A stretch of 64,000 nucleotides of DNA from Tubulanus polymorphus (lineage: Eukaryota > Animalia > Nemertea): assembly GCF_964204645.1 (NCBI RefSeq), contig NC_134027.1:21972560-22036559 (forward strand), read 5' to 3'. The notes beneath the pieces were generated by a model that was not told the DNA's origin, ran no database searches, and worked only from the letters and a program-made list of their open reading frames with translations. The number at the start of each line of letters is the position of its first letter. Positions within the stretch are counted from its first letter, which is position 1. The position numbers and the translations under genes were made by a program. Positions 1 to 13,500 of this stretch are shown piece after piece.

Positions 1-1315
1 GGCACTGATCGATGAATGCCAATGTTATCACAGGCCGCGCAAAATTGATTGCTGGGATCTCGTCATAGTTTTCGACTTGACGAGACCCGGGGAGCGCGAT
101 GTTCACTTTTTGTTTTCAAAAAGTTGAAATAAAAATGAAAACCTTAACCTTTAAATTTTGACGAGGGCGACGCAATAATAATTTTCTTCAGATAAAAAGG
201 ATATGCATTATTAAAGAATGAGTGTGAGGGTTTCATTAACATTTTTTGTTTCTTTATTTTTCAGTCAAACATCACAAACATTGTTTCTCATTCTTTAATA
301 TTTCGGTTTGAACCTTATTCCCTGACCGGAACAAAATTGAAAACTCTAGAAGTTTGAATCACAATGGGCGCATGAGGATTTTATTTTTGATCGATATGAT
401 TTTACGATGCTCGATGCATAGGCTATATTCAAAATTCACGTGAGATCAGTCGTGACAGGTTTCTAATAAACGGATAAGTCCTCTTTACTTTTCTATCGGA
501 TAAGAGTTAGGCCCAGGGTGCAGGATAGTTTGATGCTGCTGAAATACTGAGGACTCCTAAAAGCGTTGTCAGCAGAAACAGTCGAAGTGAGAGGCCACGT
601 AAGTTTGGCGGGCACCAGCTCGTATATTGAAATAAGCTGTTTGTTGAGCATTTCAAAGCGTGGTGTCCTCGGTCCCTAGTTAAGTAACGTTATTCCCTTC
701 AAAATCCTGATTTAACACCCCTATTCGAACAAACTATGATGTCTGGAAAATTACTGCAACCGCAACTAAGGCCAGTTGCTCGGAAGTTGGTTACTTATCC
801 GCCGGTTTATTCTGGTGTCTGTGGTTCATGGTCAATTATGGATGTTTCAGGTGAACAGGTTTGAGGTTTTTTTTTCTATAAAAAGAAGAAAAAATTCCCC
901 ACCTACCTACCCATTTTGGTGATTGCCCCGCCGAGAAACAGGATTTTTTTTGGTGTGGCCTGGGCTGTAGATTGACACCTGTAATAGTTCAGGCAAGCCT
1001 AGATAACTCATATTGATACCTTAAATTGAATAGAATTCTATTCAATCGGTGAGGTGACGTGGTTTGCGTGAGAGAGATATTTATCGAAAGTTCCCACTAC
1101 ATGTAGAAAGATATTTCGGGGAGCATTCTTTGGAAAATGGCTTTTAGTAATAAAACCAAAAATTTAAGTTCTACTTTGACTTTTTGATTATTTATCTTTT
1201 AATCTCGTCGGTGGTTCGTCATAAAACGCGTACGCATAATAGACATGTTTACGCTTATTAGCCATAGCGTGAATATTTAACTTCCACATTGAAGTTAGTA
1301 ACGTTCGCTGCAAAA

Positions 1316-2347
1316 TTATCTATTTCTGCATCTTTGTAAAGCATGAAAAAAACCAAGCGTTTTCAGACTGAGTCGGAATTTAGAATTCATCGACAAATAA
1401 ACGAGGAAATTCAACGCCGAATCGAGAACAACCAAAAGGAGTCCAGTTTTCCTCGTGTATTGTTTGAAATCGTCCGATTTGAATTCAAAACCTGCTATAT
1501 CTGCAACTCGGTCGATGCAAGCCGGCGTTTCACAAATAGTAAAAATCAGTAAAATCGCCGTCACCATTTTATCGGCTTGTCGTTCGCTACGGCTGACTTT
1601 TTGCGGCGGAGAGCTTGCTAGAAACCCCGAACGCCGCGAACGAGCGGAGTAAACTGAACTGAGCAAGCCGACATTAGTAACGTAAAGAATAAGCATCGGA
1701 AACCCGACGAGAGTTCCGAAATAGGTCGTCACATCGTAATGAGTGAATACAACTGGAGCAGCATTCATTATTAGCGAGGTAACTTCATTCAGTGCGCAAT
1801 CTCGAAGAAACTCATATTCAACATTCAAAAACACGTAACGTGGACAACAACAGGCGATAGAAAATATAAACATGAAAAAGATATTGCATTTGCAAAATTT
1901 CCACGTCAAAACTCGTCTGGACCAGAACGGGAATTTAATATTCAGAAAACGATTCACGGAGATGAAAGCGGTTATCCAGTTTCTGGTTTGTTGCATTATG
2001 AAATAGAAAACGACTGAGTGATACGCTATTTGTGCACCGATTCTGAAGCTACCATACCTAAATATTAAATCCCCGTATCGGATCCTGTGTATGACGTGCC
2101 TGAGGTAAAAGTACACGAAACACACGATTAGAAACGCTATGTCGCAACACGCCAAAACTTTCAGGATTTTGATCGATAGCAACGCGTGTTTATCAAGACT
2201 GAACACGATCAAATTCAGGACGTTACCAAACACACCAAATATGCAAATCCCTCCTATTCCATAGACAAACAAGTAATGAACGAACTTGTAACTAGTTTTT
2301 ATCGGTGGGCAGTACACTTCTGTCGATGTATTGGCCTTATCATCCAT
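1316..2347 (-). CDS. Intronless class A GPCR (FMRFamide-receptor/Srw-like), copy 1
   Basis: 343-aa ORF with seven hydrophobic segments: TM1 GxxGN (GVFGN), TM2 LAxxD (LACCD), DRY-position SVNRF, TM6 CETP, TM7 NFLVY, helix-8 KFR. Confidence 0.92.
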   Translation of the reverse strand: MDDKANTSTEVYCPPIKTSYKFVHYLFVYGIGGICIFGVFGNVLNLIVFSLDKHALLSIKILKVLACCDIAFLIVCFVYFYLRHVIHRIRYGDLIFRYGSFRIGAQIAYHSVVFYFIMQQTRNWITAFISVNRFLNIKFPFWSRRVLTWKFCKCNIFFMFIFSIACCCPRYVFLNVEYEFLRDCALNEVTSLIMNAAPVVFTHYDVTTYFGTLVGFPMLILYVTNVGLLSSVYSARSRRSGFLASSPPQKVSRSERQADKMVTAILLIFTICETPACIDRVADIAGFEFKSDDFKQYTRKTGLLLVVLDSALNFLVYLSMNSKFRLSLKTLGFFHALQRCRNR

Positions 2348-4178
2348 TTTGTTTATGTAAGTGAGCGGATTTACGCCGCATGCAACGCTATAGTTAGAAT
2401 GACTTCTGCGGGTAGAAGATGACTGACTCGTTTGGACGAATGAGCTATAAATGATGCTTTGAAAGATAACGAAAGAATGAATCCAAATCGCTAACTAATA
2501 AAAATCAATACAACGGCGGTCGTCTGCATAATACCTGATGGCTTTAAATTGTATAGTAGAATGTGATAGATTTACGTATTAAGTTTGTCAAACTGTTTCC
2601 GCTGCATTGTTTTGTCACATATTCTGCGTTATTCAATTTAGATTCAATTTACTCGAAAATAAAAATGGATTCAAATACGTATAGGCCTAATATATACATG
2701 TACCAAAAATGTCGATTCGAACACGATCAATTTCAATACCGTGGTACATATTATATGATATGTACAGTTAAAGCTTGTTATAACGCCAGCCCCAGGACTG
2801 TCAAAATTTTGGCGGTATTAACGAATATGGCGATCATGAGAGTTGACATAGTATACAAGACTCTTGACCAAATCCAGAATTGACATCAATCAATCTTAAT
2901 TTAGGAGGCGTAAAGGTCTTAGCTTATTTCATTTAGATAATAGAACAAGAAAACCAGCCTGAAAGTTTATTGGCGCATTGGAAAAAAAAACACAAATATT
3001 GGTCAATTATGTCGACAAAAAAGATGATATGAATTATATACACATGTGTTTCGGATATCAAGTATCCATTAAGTTATTTTCGATTTGAATGTATCAATGA
3101 TTGAATTGAATTGACCGGCAACCAGTTTAACCCCGATATATGGATGACGTAGCAAACATCCGCTCAAAAGTAATTATCAAAAATAAAATAAGAGTTATGA
3201 AATAGATTCAGTTAGGCCAAAAAAGATTATTTTATTTGTATTTTCTACATTAAAAAGTATGAAATTTGATACATTTCCACCAGGCCGGCCTTTTTTATTT
3301 TTATTTTAAAACAGTTTCCACTAGAAATTTTTAAAATTAAAAGAATAAAAAGTACAGGATATGGTTTTCAGAAGTTCTCGCTGTTTGTCAAATACCATTC
3401 TAATAGGCCTGTAGGTTTAGTTTCATTGCCAGATGTTGGATCATTCCTATCTTCCTGTTTTCCCAATTTTCGAGGGCATGTGAACTATTCAACTATTTTT
3501 CTAAATAGCCAGAATCGAAACAATAAGCAAGAGACTCTGCCTTATAGTTTAGCGGCCAGACCTTAGATCATTTCTAACTACCGTAGCTTCTTTCCCGTGG
3601 CTACAAAGCGTTCTATAAAATAAGCTTTAGTAAATATCAAAGAAACGCCATTAGAATGGGAAGTTATAATTCAATCACGTGAAAATTCTAATTAAGTGCA
3701 GCTATGAATTAAAAATATAAAAGTAAATGAAAATATATTCTCCAAATCCAAGACAAGAATCATTATCATCAGCATTCCCTACAAACTACATGTAATTCTG
3801 ATTTATTTTTAAAATTACAAATTCAAAAACAAGGATTTTCTTTTCAAAAGAGACAAGAGTACAAGTTATAATTGTTCGTTTGCCCTCTTTGCGAACAAAA
3901 AGTATACACAATCATTTCGACTTAGTTGGAATGATGCACATGGAGTTGACTAGCCTGATAACCAGTCGACGTTACGGAATAACGACTAGATACTAGACTA
4001 GGAGTATCGTAGTCGGTTCGAGTCCCGACCTCACGCTATTCGGCCTCTGATTTTAAACAAGTAAAATCGTTACCATATACTACTTGTATTGACCCACCCG
4101 GTATTTTTAAGTCACAAGCTACACCATTCTCAACGAAACACATATTTGATTCAGACGAATATAATTGATTTTCAACAA

Positions 4179-5186
4179 TTAATTAAATAAGGTTTGTCTG
4201 AATTGTTTGTTTACGATTATATAAAGTATGAAATTGACACATGAATTGAACAGTGATGTTACCCCGTAAATCTGATTCAACAAATCCTTGTAAAAACTCC
4301 GGTTTCCGAACTTACCGACAAAGCCTGGAATTTCAAGAACAAAAAACACTATACTCATTGAAAGCACCATTTTAGTTGCTTTAGTTTGATTATGAGATTT
4401 TGAGATTTTAGACGCCGAGAGAGTTTTGCGTTGATTACTTTTGGCGTATAAGACAATAATCAGAGCTATGTTTGCTACGAAAACTAGAATATTTGAAATA
4501 ATAATGCGGACAATGGGATCTACTATTTTGTTCATTACTTCGTAAAATTGTTTATAAACTACTTTAGACTCGTAATGAAGAAAGCGAAAGTCTTTATATT
4601 TTGTGGATGGTACTACATTCCGTGATATCGGATAGTAAATACTTAGACATATTGATAATGCGCCAGTTATGATGAAGAGTGGCTTTAAGCTGCGTTTCTC
4701 ATGTAATGGTAAAACGATAGCAACCAATCGTTCGCATTGAATTATGACGGTTAAATAATTCCGAAACAGCAGTAATGCTCTGGTAACAAAACTTCCCCAT
4801 ATGGTTAGGCGTAACGGCGAAATTCGGTAGTAAGGAAATCTTTTGATCGAATCACCAAATCGGGCATAGTGAATGTAAAAGCGAAGTGGATCCCGAATGA
4901 ACGTTGCCAACAAAAAGACGATTTCGACGAATGCGAGGAGTTTCAATAAATCGAAACAGCGACTTTTAGTTCTTAGTTTGTAAAATACAATGATCACCAT
5001 CATGTTCAATATAACACCAACGAAGATAAATGCAGGTACAATGTACGCTTGTCTAAACCATGACAACTCGTATATTGAACTGTAAACGTAAACTACAGTT
5101 GTGTTCCTTTTTATGAAAATCGTTCTGCAGCAGTGCTCCGGATCCGTAATCTGAACGGAAACATTTGCAGCGGCTCCTTCTGTCAT
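4179..5186 (-). CDS. Intronless class A GPCR (divergent, chemoreceptor-like), copy 2
   Basis: 335-aa ORF with 7TM pattern: GVILN, LAFVE, CERL, LEIP, NFILY, helix-8 QFR. Confidence 0.88.
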   Translation of the reverse strand: MTEGAAANVSVQITDPEHCCRTIFIKRNTTVVYVYSSIYELSWFRQAYIVPAFIFVGVILNMMVIIVFYKLRTKSRCFDLLKLLAFVEIVFLLATFIRDPLRFYIHYARFGDSIKRFPYYRISPLRLTIWGSFVTRALLLFRNYLTVIIQCERLVAIVLPLHEKRSLKPLFIITGALSICLSIYYPISRNVVPSTKYKDFRFLHYESKVVYKQFYEVMNKIVDPIVRIIISNILVFVANIALIIVLYAKSNQRKTLSASKISKSHNQTKATKMVLSMSIVFFVLEIPGFVGKFGNRSFYKDLLNQIYGVTSLFNSCVNFILYIIVNKQFRQTLFN

Positions 5187-5327
5187 TTATTTTCAAAAGA
5201 TCTGGTTGGTCTGGAGCGGTTCTTTAAGTCCGTCAATATTGAAACATTCACACAATACATTGACAAATTTGCATCAATTTGTGTCGGAGTCGGAAAACCA
5301 TTTATCACGGGCAATCTGATATATACT

Positions 5328-5501
<174 letters not shown>

Positions 5502-5619
5502 AGTACCAGAATTGAATTATTCAGCATGTGTTTCCAGAATAATACATACAGAATAAGATACATAAGTAAATTGGTGGAGGAGTAGGTGTTGGTGCTCACA
5601 AAAGATGTTGTTCAAAAAA

Positions 5620-6657
5620 TTATCTATTTCTGCATATTTGTAAAGCATGAAAAAATCGTGAAAAAAGCGTTTTCAGATTGAGTCGGAATTTAGAGTTCAT
5701 CGACAAATAAACAAGGAAATTCAACGCCGAATCGAGAACAACCAAAAGGAGTCCAGTTTTCCTCGTGTATTGTTTAAAATCGTCCGATTTGAATTCAAAA
5801 CCTGCCACATTCGCCACTCGGTCGATGCAAGCCGGCGTTTCACAAATAGTAAAAATCAGTAAAATTGCCGTCACCATTTTATCGGCTTGTCGTTCGCTGC
5901 GGCTGACTTTTTGCGGCGGAGAGCTTGCTAGAAACTCCGAACGCCGCGAACGAGCGGAGTAAACAGAGCTGAGCAAGCCGAGATTAGTAGCGTAGAGGAT
6001 AAGAATCGGAAACCCGACGAGGAATCCGAAATAGATCGTCACATCGTAATGCGTGAATAAAACTGGGGCGACCTTTACTAACACCGATGTTACTTCATTC
6101 AATGCGCAATCGCGGAGAACCTCGTATTCGACATTCAGCAGCACATAACGTGGAACGTAACAGCCGATAGAAATCATAAATATAAAAACGATATTGACTT
6201 TACTAAATTTCCACGTCAAAAATCGTCTTGACCAGAATGGGAATTGAATATTCAGAAAACGTATCACGGAGATATAAGCCGTTATCCAGTTTCTGGTTTG
6301 TTGCATTATGTAATAGAATACGACAGAGTGATATGCTATTTGTGCACCGATTTTCATGTCATCATACCTAAATATCAAATCCCCGAATTTGAACCGAAAC
6401 AGCACATGCCTGACAAAGAAGTACACGAAACACACGATTAGAAACGCTATATCGCAACACGCCAAAACCTTCAGGATTTTGATCGACAGCAAGGCGTGTT
6501 TATCAAGACCGAACACGATCAGATTAAGAAGATTGCCGACAATGCCGAATAAGCAAATCATTCCTATTCCGCAGACGTATATAAAATGAACGAACTTATA
6601 ACTAGTTCTTATCGATGGACAATAAACGACTATCGAAGAGTTTAGCATTTCATCCAT
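5620..6657 (-). CDS. Intronless class A GPCR, copy 3 (close paralog of 1316-2347)
   Basis: Colinear with copy 1 along the whole protein. The ATG at 6657 (MDEM...) aligns with the copy 1 start (MDDK...). Motifs GIVGN, LACCD, SVIRF, CETP, NFLVY. Confidence 0.92.
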   Translation of the reverse strand: MDEMLNSSIVVYCPSIRTSYKFVHFIYVCGIGMICLFGIVGNLLNLIVFGLDKHALLSIKILKVLACCDIAFLIVCFVYFFVRHVLFRFKFGDLIFRYDDMKIGAQIAYHSVVFYYIMQQTRNWITAYISVIRFLNIQFPFWSRRFLTWKFSKVNIVFIFMISIGCYVPRYVLLNVEYEVLRDCALNEVTSVLVKVAPVLFTHYDVTIYFGFLVGFPILILYATNLGLLSSVYSARSRRSEFLASSPPQKVSRSERQADKMVTAILLIFTICETPACIDRVANVAGFEFKSDDFKQYTRKTGLLLVVLDSALNFLVYLSMNSKFRLNLKTLFSRFFHALQICRNR

Positions 6658-7593
6658 TTTGTGTACGCAGTGATGGTACTCGCGCAAGTCAGAAGCACCT
6701 TGCGAATAATATGACTGATACGATATTTCGCTGGAGAGGTAGAGCTACAAACTATGTATTGAAAACTAGAGAAATCAAGGAATTCTTGTGATAGTTTGCT
6801 TACTAAAAGTCGATACCGATTACTTGGCGGCTGTAGTTCCAGGCGCATGCTTTTGTAAATTGAATCATATAGTTTATTACATTAGATTTGTAACTTACTA
6901 AAGACACTTAATGCATTATCGCCATTGAGGTTCAATTTACTAGCAACTAGATATATGATTTGTATGATACATTAGTAAGGCATTTTTCTTTAATTTCACA
7001 TTTCAACATCGTGCGTATATTACCATCCTAGCTCTGATAAGCCTAAATGTACCCCGTCCATCCTCGCTTGCCAGGGTTTGATTGCCGCCCGCTCGAGCTT
7101 ACGCCAACACAAAACTCTGGCCGCAAATTATTCATTGATTTTTTACATCGCCCACTATTTCGTGGGTGGACAGGTTCCCGCTCAGCACCCAAGAAATCGC
7201 GGGCGATGTAATAGACTAAACGGTTTGCGGCCGGGGTTTCTGTTGACGTGAATTGACTGGTTAAGGCAGCAGCGATTATGCAACTATTTTTTCTCGAGTC
7301 GCCACGAGTCCACTATATTCTACGAGATTCTAGGATGAAAGGCGCAGTACAATTATTGTTCCGCGAGCATAGTTGGGTGTGGACAACATTTACGGCGCAT
7401 ACCCCAGTTCTAGTGGTCGACCACTGCCGTATACGAGGCTTTCCGGCTGCTGTCGGCAATTTCCGCATGTATCCGAGTATGCTTGGTTACGAATGAGTTG
7501 CTAGGTAGCTGTTTCCACGTTGCTATGTCAGCATCAGTTCAATCGCTTTGCATTAACGCTTTTCACACGCGCTTTTCAATCATTTTCATTAAC

Positions 7594-10500
7594 ATGGAAA
7601 ATTCCGACGAAATTTTGTCCAATTTTATTGATCGGGATTTTAGATTGAGCGGTGAGACTCTAAAACATGGTTAAGACTTTGATGCATGCAAGTTCCTTCC
7701 TCATCCGATAGATGTAAGTTTTAACACAATATCGTTTCTTCATTTTCCAGATTCCGAAAACGAATTCTGCCTCAATGGCAAATGTTACACTGCTGAAAAC
7801 ATACACACACTTCCAGGTAATAAATATGGAGAATCAGATTTCATTTTAACTTCTTACTTAAACAACTATAGGCCTGCTTAAATCGTGCGAAATTCCTGCT
7901 TTCCTAGGCATTCCAAAATTATTCTGGTTGTCGTTCCGTCCTAAGTCCGCTGTAATATTAACCCATTATGAAACATCCCCGGGTGAAATGGTTAGAATAT
8001 TCGGCGAAACGATCGGTTGGAGTGATGGAATGTATATGCAAAGAATTCCAAACAGTGACTGGTGGCAGGCTTACTTGACCGATCAACAGCTCGGAACTGA
8101 GTTCAAATTTGCAGTCGTGGACGAAAATGGAAGCAAGAAATGGGAGCAGAGAGGAAATAGATATGTGCGATCGAAGGGCATTTACCTCTGCCAGTGGGGC
8201 CAGGCCTCCGTGACGCTCGATGGTAATCTTCGAGGTGTTGAGATGTTTTTCAAATATCTGAATTTTAGGAACACTGTACAAAGATCCGGTCATTTTCTAT
8301 TTCAGACAAATCGCCTAACCATAAAATGGAAGAAAAACCATCATTGGCTGCTTCACAGGTGGTTACCAAACCTACACTTGTAGTTGTTCCCCAATCTAAA
8401 ATAACCATAACGAAAAAGAACTCCATAGCTTTCAAAGGTAAGAAAGATGTTGACTTCGTGACATTCATAGAACTGGTGGAAATTCATCGTTTGATTACAT
8501 TACAGAGCAATTACACGAAGCTATCGAGACACGAGAACATAAAGTAGACAAGATTGCGGATGAAAGTACACGAAAAGACCGCAATTTCAATGAAATACCA
8601 GTCGGGGAAAGGCACAAAATACCATCGATTATACCGACACGGAAAATGAAATCGAAAAATCGTGATAAGAACTTCACCAACTTGAAGGGTGAGAAATCTG
8701 AATTTGCAGATGTTGATTTGTTTCTAATCTAGTTTGTCAGGGCTTTAGCATTTTCTGAGATGCCGAAGGACTTTTATTTATTTATTTATTTATTCTTTAT
8801 TCACGAATTAAATTACACTAGAAAATTACAACAAGATAATATAATAAAATAATGTAATTCAAGTCGATGGACACCAGGAGAAGTTACAAACTTATATCCA
8901 TGAAACATGGCCCTGGCGCCCATAGAAATCAAACACACGCACACACACACACACATGTACACAACCCTGCACCACAACACTCACGCATACGCATACGCAC
9001 GCACGCACGCACGCACGCACACACATCCATAATGACAAGTTAAGTTCAGATCGACCTATAAACGCATATTAAACAAATGTTAAATTACTATTGACCCGTT
9101 AACAGATACTGCTTGAAATTCTTTTTAAATACATAAACATTCTTCGACTGCTTTAAAGTTGAATCGAGTGAATTCCAAAGTTTTGGACCAGAAACCTTTA
9201 CCGAAAATTTATTTCTTCGAGTTTGAAATCGAGGGATTTCCATATTGTTTTGGCTACGAGTTTGATAATTGTGGATTTCATGTCGAAATTGAAAATAGTT
9301 ATTAAAAGAATCAGGTAGCATGGATTTGTTATAATTAAACATGAAGCATCCTAACTGTAATTTGTTCATTTCTTTAATTCTCAGTATTTTCAGTCTTTTA
9401 AAGAGTGGATCAGTATGTTCTAAATAATATGAATTTGTTATTATTCGAACCGCACGTTTTTGAAGTAGTAATAATGAATCTAAATAGACATTAAAATTTT
9501 GAGCCCAAACTATGTTACAATAACTTAAATACGGTTCCACTAAACTAAAATACAATTGAATAAGAGTTTTCTCAGGTAAAAATCGTTTTAATCTATTTAA
9601 CATACTGATACTCTTCGATACCTTGCGCTGAACATTATTGATATGATCAATCCATGAAAGTTTATCGTCAATATTTATACCCACAAAATTTGTGCTATGA
9701 ACTTGATCAATATTAATTCCGCTGATTTGAATCGAAATGTTAAGTGGTAGTTGTGAGCCAAATACCATGCAATGAGTTTTTGGCAAGTTTAAAGATAATT
9801 TATTAGCGTAAAACCACGTGGCTAGTTTATCAAGTTCACTAGACACGGTCAATGCAAGGTGATGAATATCGGAACCGCTCGCAAAGACATTAGTGTCATC
9901 TGCAAAAAGCGTAAATTTCAAAATGTTGCTGACATTAACGCAGTCATTTATGTATATTAAAAAAAGTAACGGTCCCAAAATGGAACCTTGAGGCACACCA
10001 GTAGATATATTCAAAAGTTGAGACTTACAATTTTCAATTTGAACAGTTTGTTGTCGGTTTTCCAAATAATTTCTAAACCAGCAAAGTGCGCGACCTTTAA
10101 TTCCATAAAAATCTAATTTTGACAATAATATTTCATGGTTGACTGTATCAAAGGCTTTAGATAAGTCCAAATAAACACCGATAGTGGGATTTTTATTTTC
10201 AAGATTATATGAAATTTCATAAATAATTTTGATGACTGCCATGGCAGAGGAGTGATTCTTTCTAAAACCGAATTGATTTGAATTTATGATAGAAAATTTA
10301 TCACAATAAGACATTAGTCTGTTGTACACGACTTTTTCAAGAATCTTTGAAAAGCAAGGCAAAATTGAGATAGGCCGGTAATTATTAAAGTTATCTTTGT
10401 CACCACTTTTGTATAAAGGTCGAATTCTAGCGATTTTTAATTTGTCCGGAACAATTCCAGTCTGTAGACTCATGTTAAAAACATGGCAGAGAGGATCTTT

Positions 10501-13500
10501 AATTAAGTCAAAAATTTTTTTAGTTACTTTCATGCTAATCTCATCGGTACCCAAACCTTTATTGGAGTCAAAATTTTTTACTATATTCATCAGTTCGACT
10601 GGTGTTGTTGGGAATAAAAAGAAGTTTTCATTTGGGCTGTTATGCAGGAAATCCTTAAAATTTATATTTGTGCTAGGGATCTTTTCGGCAAGCTTATTAC
10701 CGATGTTTACGAAGTACTCATTAAATTTATTAGCAATGTTAGCTTTTCCATTTATAGGTGTCCCATTAAGTTTGAATACGTCAGGTAATTCTTCCGAGTT
10801 TGATGACTTACCAAGAATATTGTTAATAATTTTCCATGTTTGTTTCATATCATTAGAAGCCGAAAATAATTGCACACCGTAATAGGATTTTTCTGCACAT
10901 TTTAACAAATTACCAAGAATATTTTTATATCTTGAATATTTATGCTTACGCGCTTCCGTAGGATTTCTTATGAATTTTTTGTATAAACAATTTTTACGTC
11001 TAATTGATTTTAAAAGACCAAGTGACACCCAGGGTTTATTACTATTTACTTTATTAGTTTTAGAATTTATTAATGGGAAAGATTCATCATAAAGTGATTT
11101 AAACATAGCAAGAAAAAGATCATAGGACTCATTGGCATCTAAACTATTTGATACTGTCGACCAGTCTACTGACTGCAGTTTCCGAATGAAAAAATCGATA
11201 TTGCGCTCACAAAAATTCCTTGTCTTGATATTGTTCACTGGAGTAGTGGGTTCTTTATCACCACATACAACAAAAATTGGGAAATGATCCGAGATATCGG
11301 TACATAAAATACCGGACTTAAAACTCCCGTCAAGGTTATTACAAAAAATATTATCTATTAATGTGGCTGACTCAGTAGTTACTCTAGTCGGTTTATCAAT
11401 CAAAGGACAAAAGGAATTTGCAATCAAAGTATTTATAAAAACATCAGTTGGATGATGCACATCAGACATGAGTAAGTTGATATTGAAATCTCCAAAAAGA
11501 TAGCAATTTTTGTTTTCACGATTTAATTTGTCCAGAAGTGTATTAAATTCATCTTGAAAACCTTGAATTTTTAATCCAGGTGGTCTGTATATAATTCCAA
11601 CTATAGTGTTTTTATGCTTCTTAGAGTTAATTTCTACAAATAAAGACTCAAACGTCGACTCATCTTTACTTAAATCAGAACGTAGATTAAAAACTAAATT
11701 ATGTTTGAGATACAAAGACACCCCACCCCCTCTTATCCCATTTTCCCTACATCTAAAAATACTTTTGTAACCGTTCTTGGCTAGCCCAAGTTTCAGAAAG
11801 ACCAATGACCGAAAATTCAAGTTTTAAAATATCCAGATAATGAGCTAGAGCGTCAAAATTTTTGTTGATACTTCGTATGTTAACGGATAAGATAGAAAAC
11901 TTCTCCTTACGAAAAGGAAAATCGTTATCACTATAATATTTACAATCTAAACAGTTTTGCGAAATATTATCAAAGTTTGTAGAAAAATCCATTATATATT
12001 GTGAGATAAACAGAGAAATTATACAACAGTTACCGGTGAGTCACCCGTAACAAGAATTTTACACGCCTGTACACTGTTCGGACTACCCGAGGACGACGAC
12101 TGACTGCGTAGTCTCTTTTTACTCGCTTCAGCGTTGACGCCTAAGACGTCCAAAAACGTGCGCGTCAGTTCCTTTGCTCCATCAATACCGATATGTACAC
12201 CCTTGGTGTCAGTAGAATCAAATAGCATTCGTACCACTGATCCATCTGGGCGGAATTTTTTATCATTATCAATATAATGGAGTCTGCTCTCGTTATCACA
12301 AAGTTTCTTTATGAATCTGTTTACGAGGGATGTGACGTCATTCAATGTCATTATGTTTTTACTTTTTCCCTTCCGAGGCAGGATGCTAGATATGTTTATA
12401 TTAGCAGATGGGAAATGGCCGAGAAGGATATTCACAGCTTTTGTCATATCAAGTATAACTTGGTCATGATCCTCTTTCTGGAGAGATATGTCATTTGTCC
12501 CCAAATGACAAATTACTGATTTTATTTCCTCACGAACTAATGACTTGTCAAGGTTCAACAGTTGTTGACTAATTTCGCGAGCAGTCGCACCCGATAACCC
12601 ATTCACACGGACTTTATTTGGGATATCAGTGAATATAAGGCGGTGGCAGTTCGAATCGCCGATTATCAGGCATTCAGACGATTTGACAGCTGAGCACACC
12701 TCAGCTACGGGTGGTTGAGTTTGTTCAGGCGCTGGATGGACGTTAGTTGGCGTGGATTCAACTATATCGGAGTTGAGATCACTAGTTGAGTTCGAATCCG
12801 GCTCAGTAAATAATTTCGTCTGTACTTCCCGCAGTTTAGGGCAATCAGTTTTTTTATGTCCTTCAGTCCGGCAATAAAAACATACAATGCCTAATGTGCA
12901 ATCCGCTGCCATATGATCTGCAGCTTTGCACTTGAAGCACAATTTCCGCGATCGCAAAAGACAACGGAAATATGGGTGATCGGTACCTCCGCAATATCGG
13001 CACTGTGTCTTGTTATTGTCGCAATAAATTCTAACATCAAATTTACCAAATTTCGTCTCAACTGGAACTATATCTTTTACATCAATCATTTTTGCATATA
13101 TCGTCCCATTCAAAATCTCAGTATTTTTTATCTTTCCACGACGAATGCTGCCATTAACTACTTTACCAAATCTGGACAGTTGAGCGGCGATGAACGTATC
13201 AGATAATTCAACCGGTGCGTCTTTTATGGTTACATTTGTAGTATTAGGCAATTCATCAACCACTTTATTTCGTTACAGGAGAAAGAGAAAAAATCAATCG
13301 GCCACACGAAGTCGAAGATGGCAATAAACCGGTGGTTCTACGTGAACAATGTCCCTCGAAACCTGGTTCAGCAGAAATTAATCTCGAATCAATGACAGTA
13401 ACACGTGTCGGGAGGTTCATCGGCTTCAACGGTACAAGATTCTGTTCATTAGAAGTTGTAGAATTCGTCATTCTAACTCACCGTACTATTACTTACATTC

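Larger units (their letters stand above)
8772..13263 (-). mobile_element. 5'-truncated non-LTR retrotransposon (CR1/L2 group, Crack-like)
   Basis: ORF1 plus ORF2 (APE endonuclease and RT), a 3' UTR microsatellite (8932-9025) and a (TAAA)n tail near 8772-8800. Similar ACTTT(T)ATTT sequence at both junctions is a possible TSD. Confidence 0.93.

Noticed and set aside
548-590. CTGAGGA...GAAACAGTC hammerhead-like core
   Set aside because: No convincing helix I or helix II pairing.
10397-10882. 161-aa plus-strand ORF
   Set aside because: Antisense shadow of LINE ORF2.
13265-13471. Minus-strand ORF as the N-terminus of LINE ORF1
   Set aside because: It is antisense to a plus-strand exon (13279-13431) with good splice sites; the LINE appears to end at about 13263.
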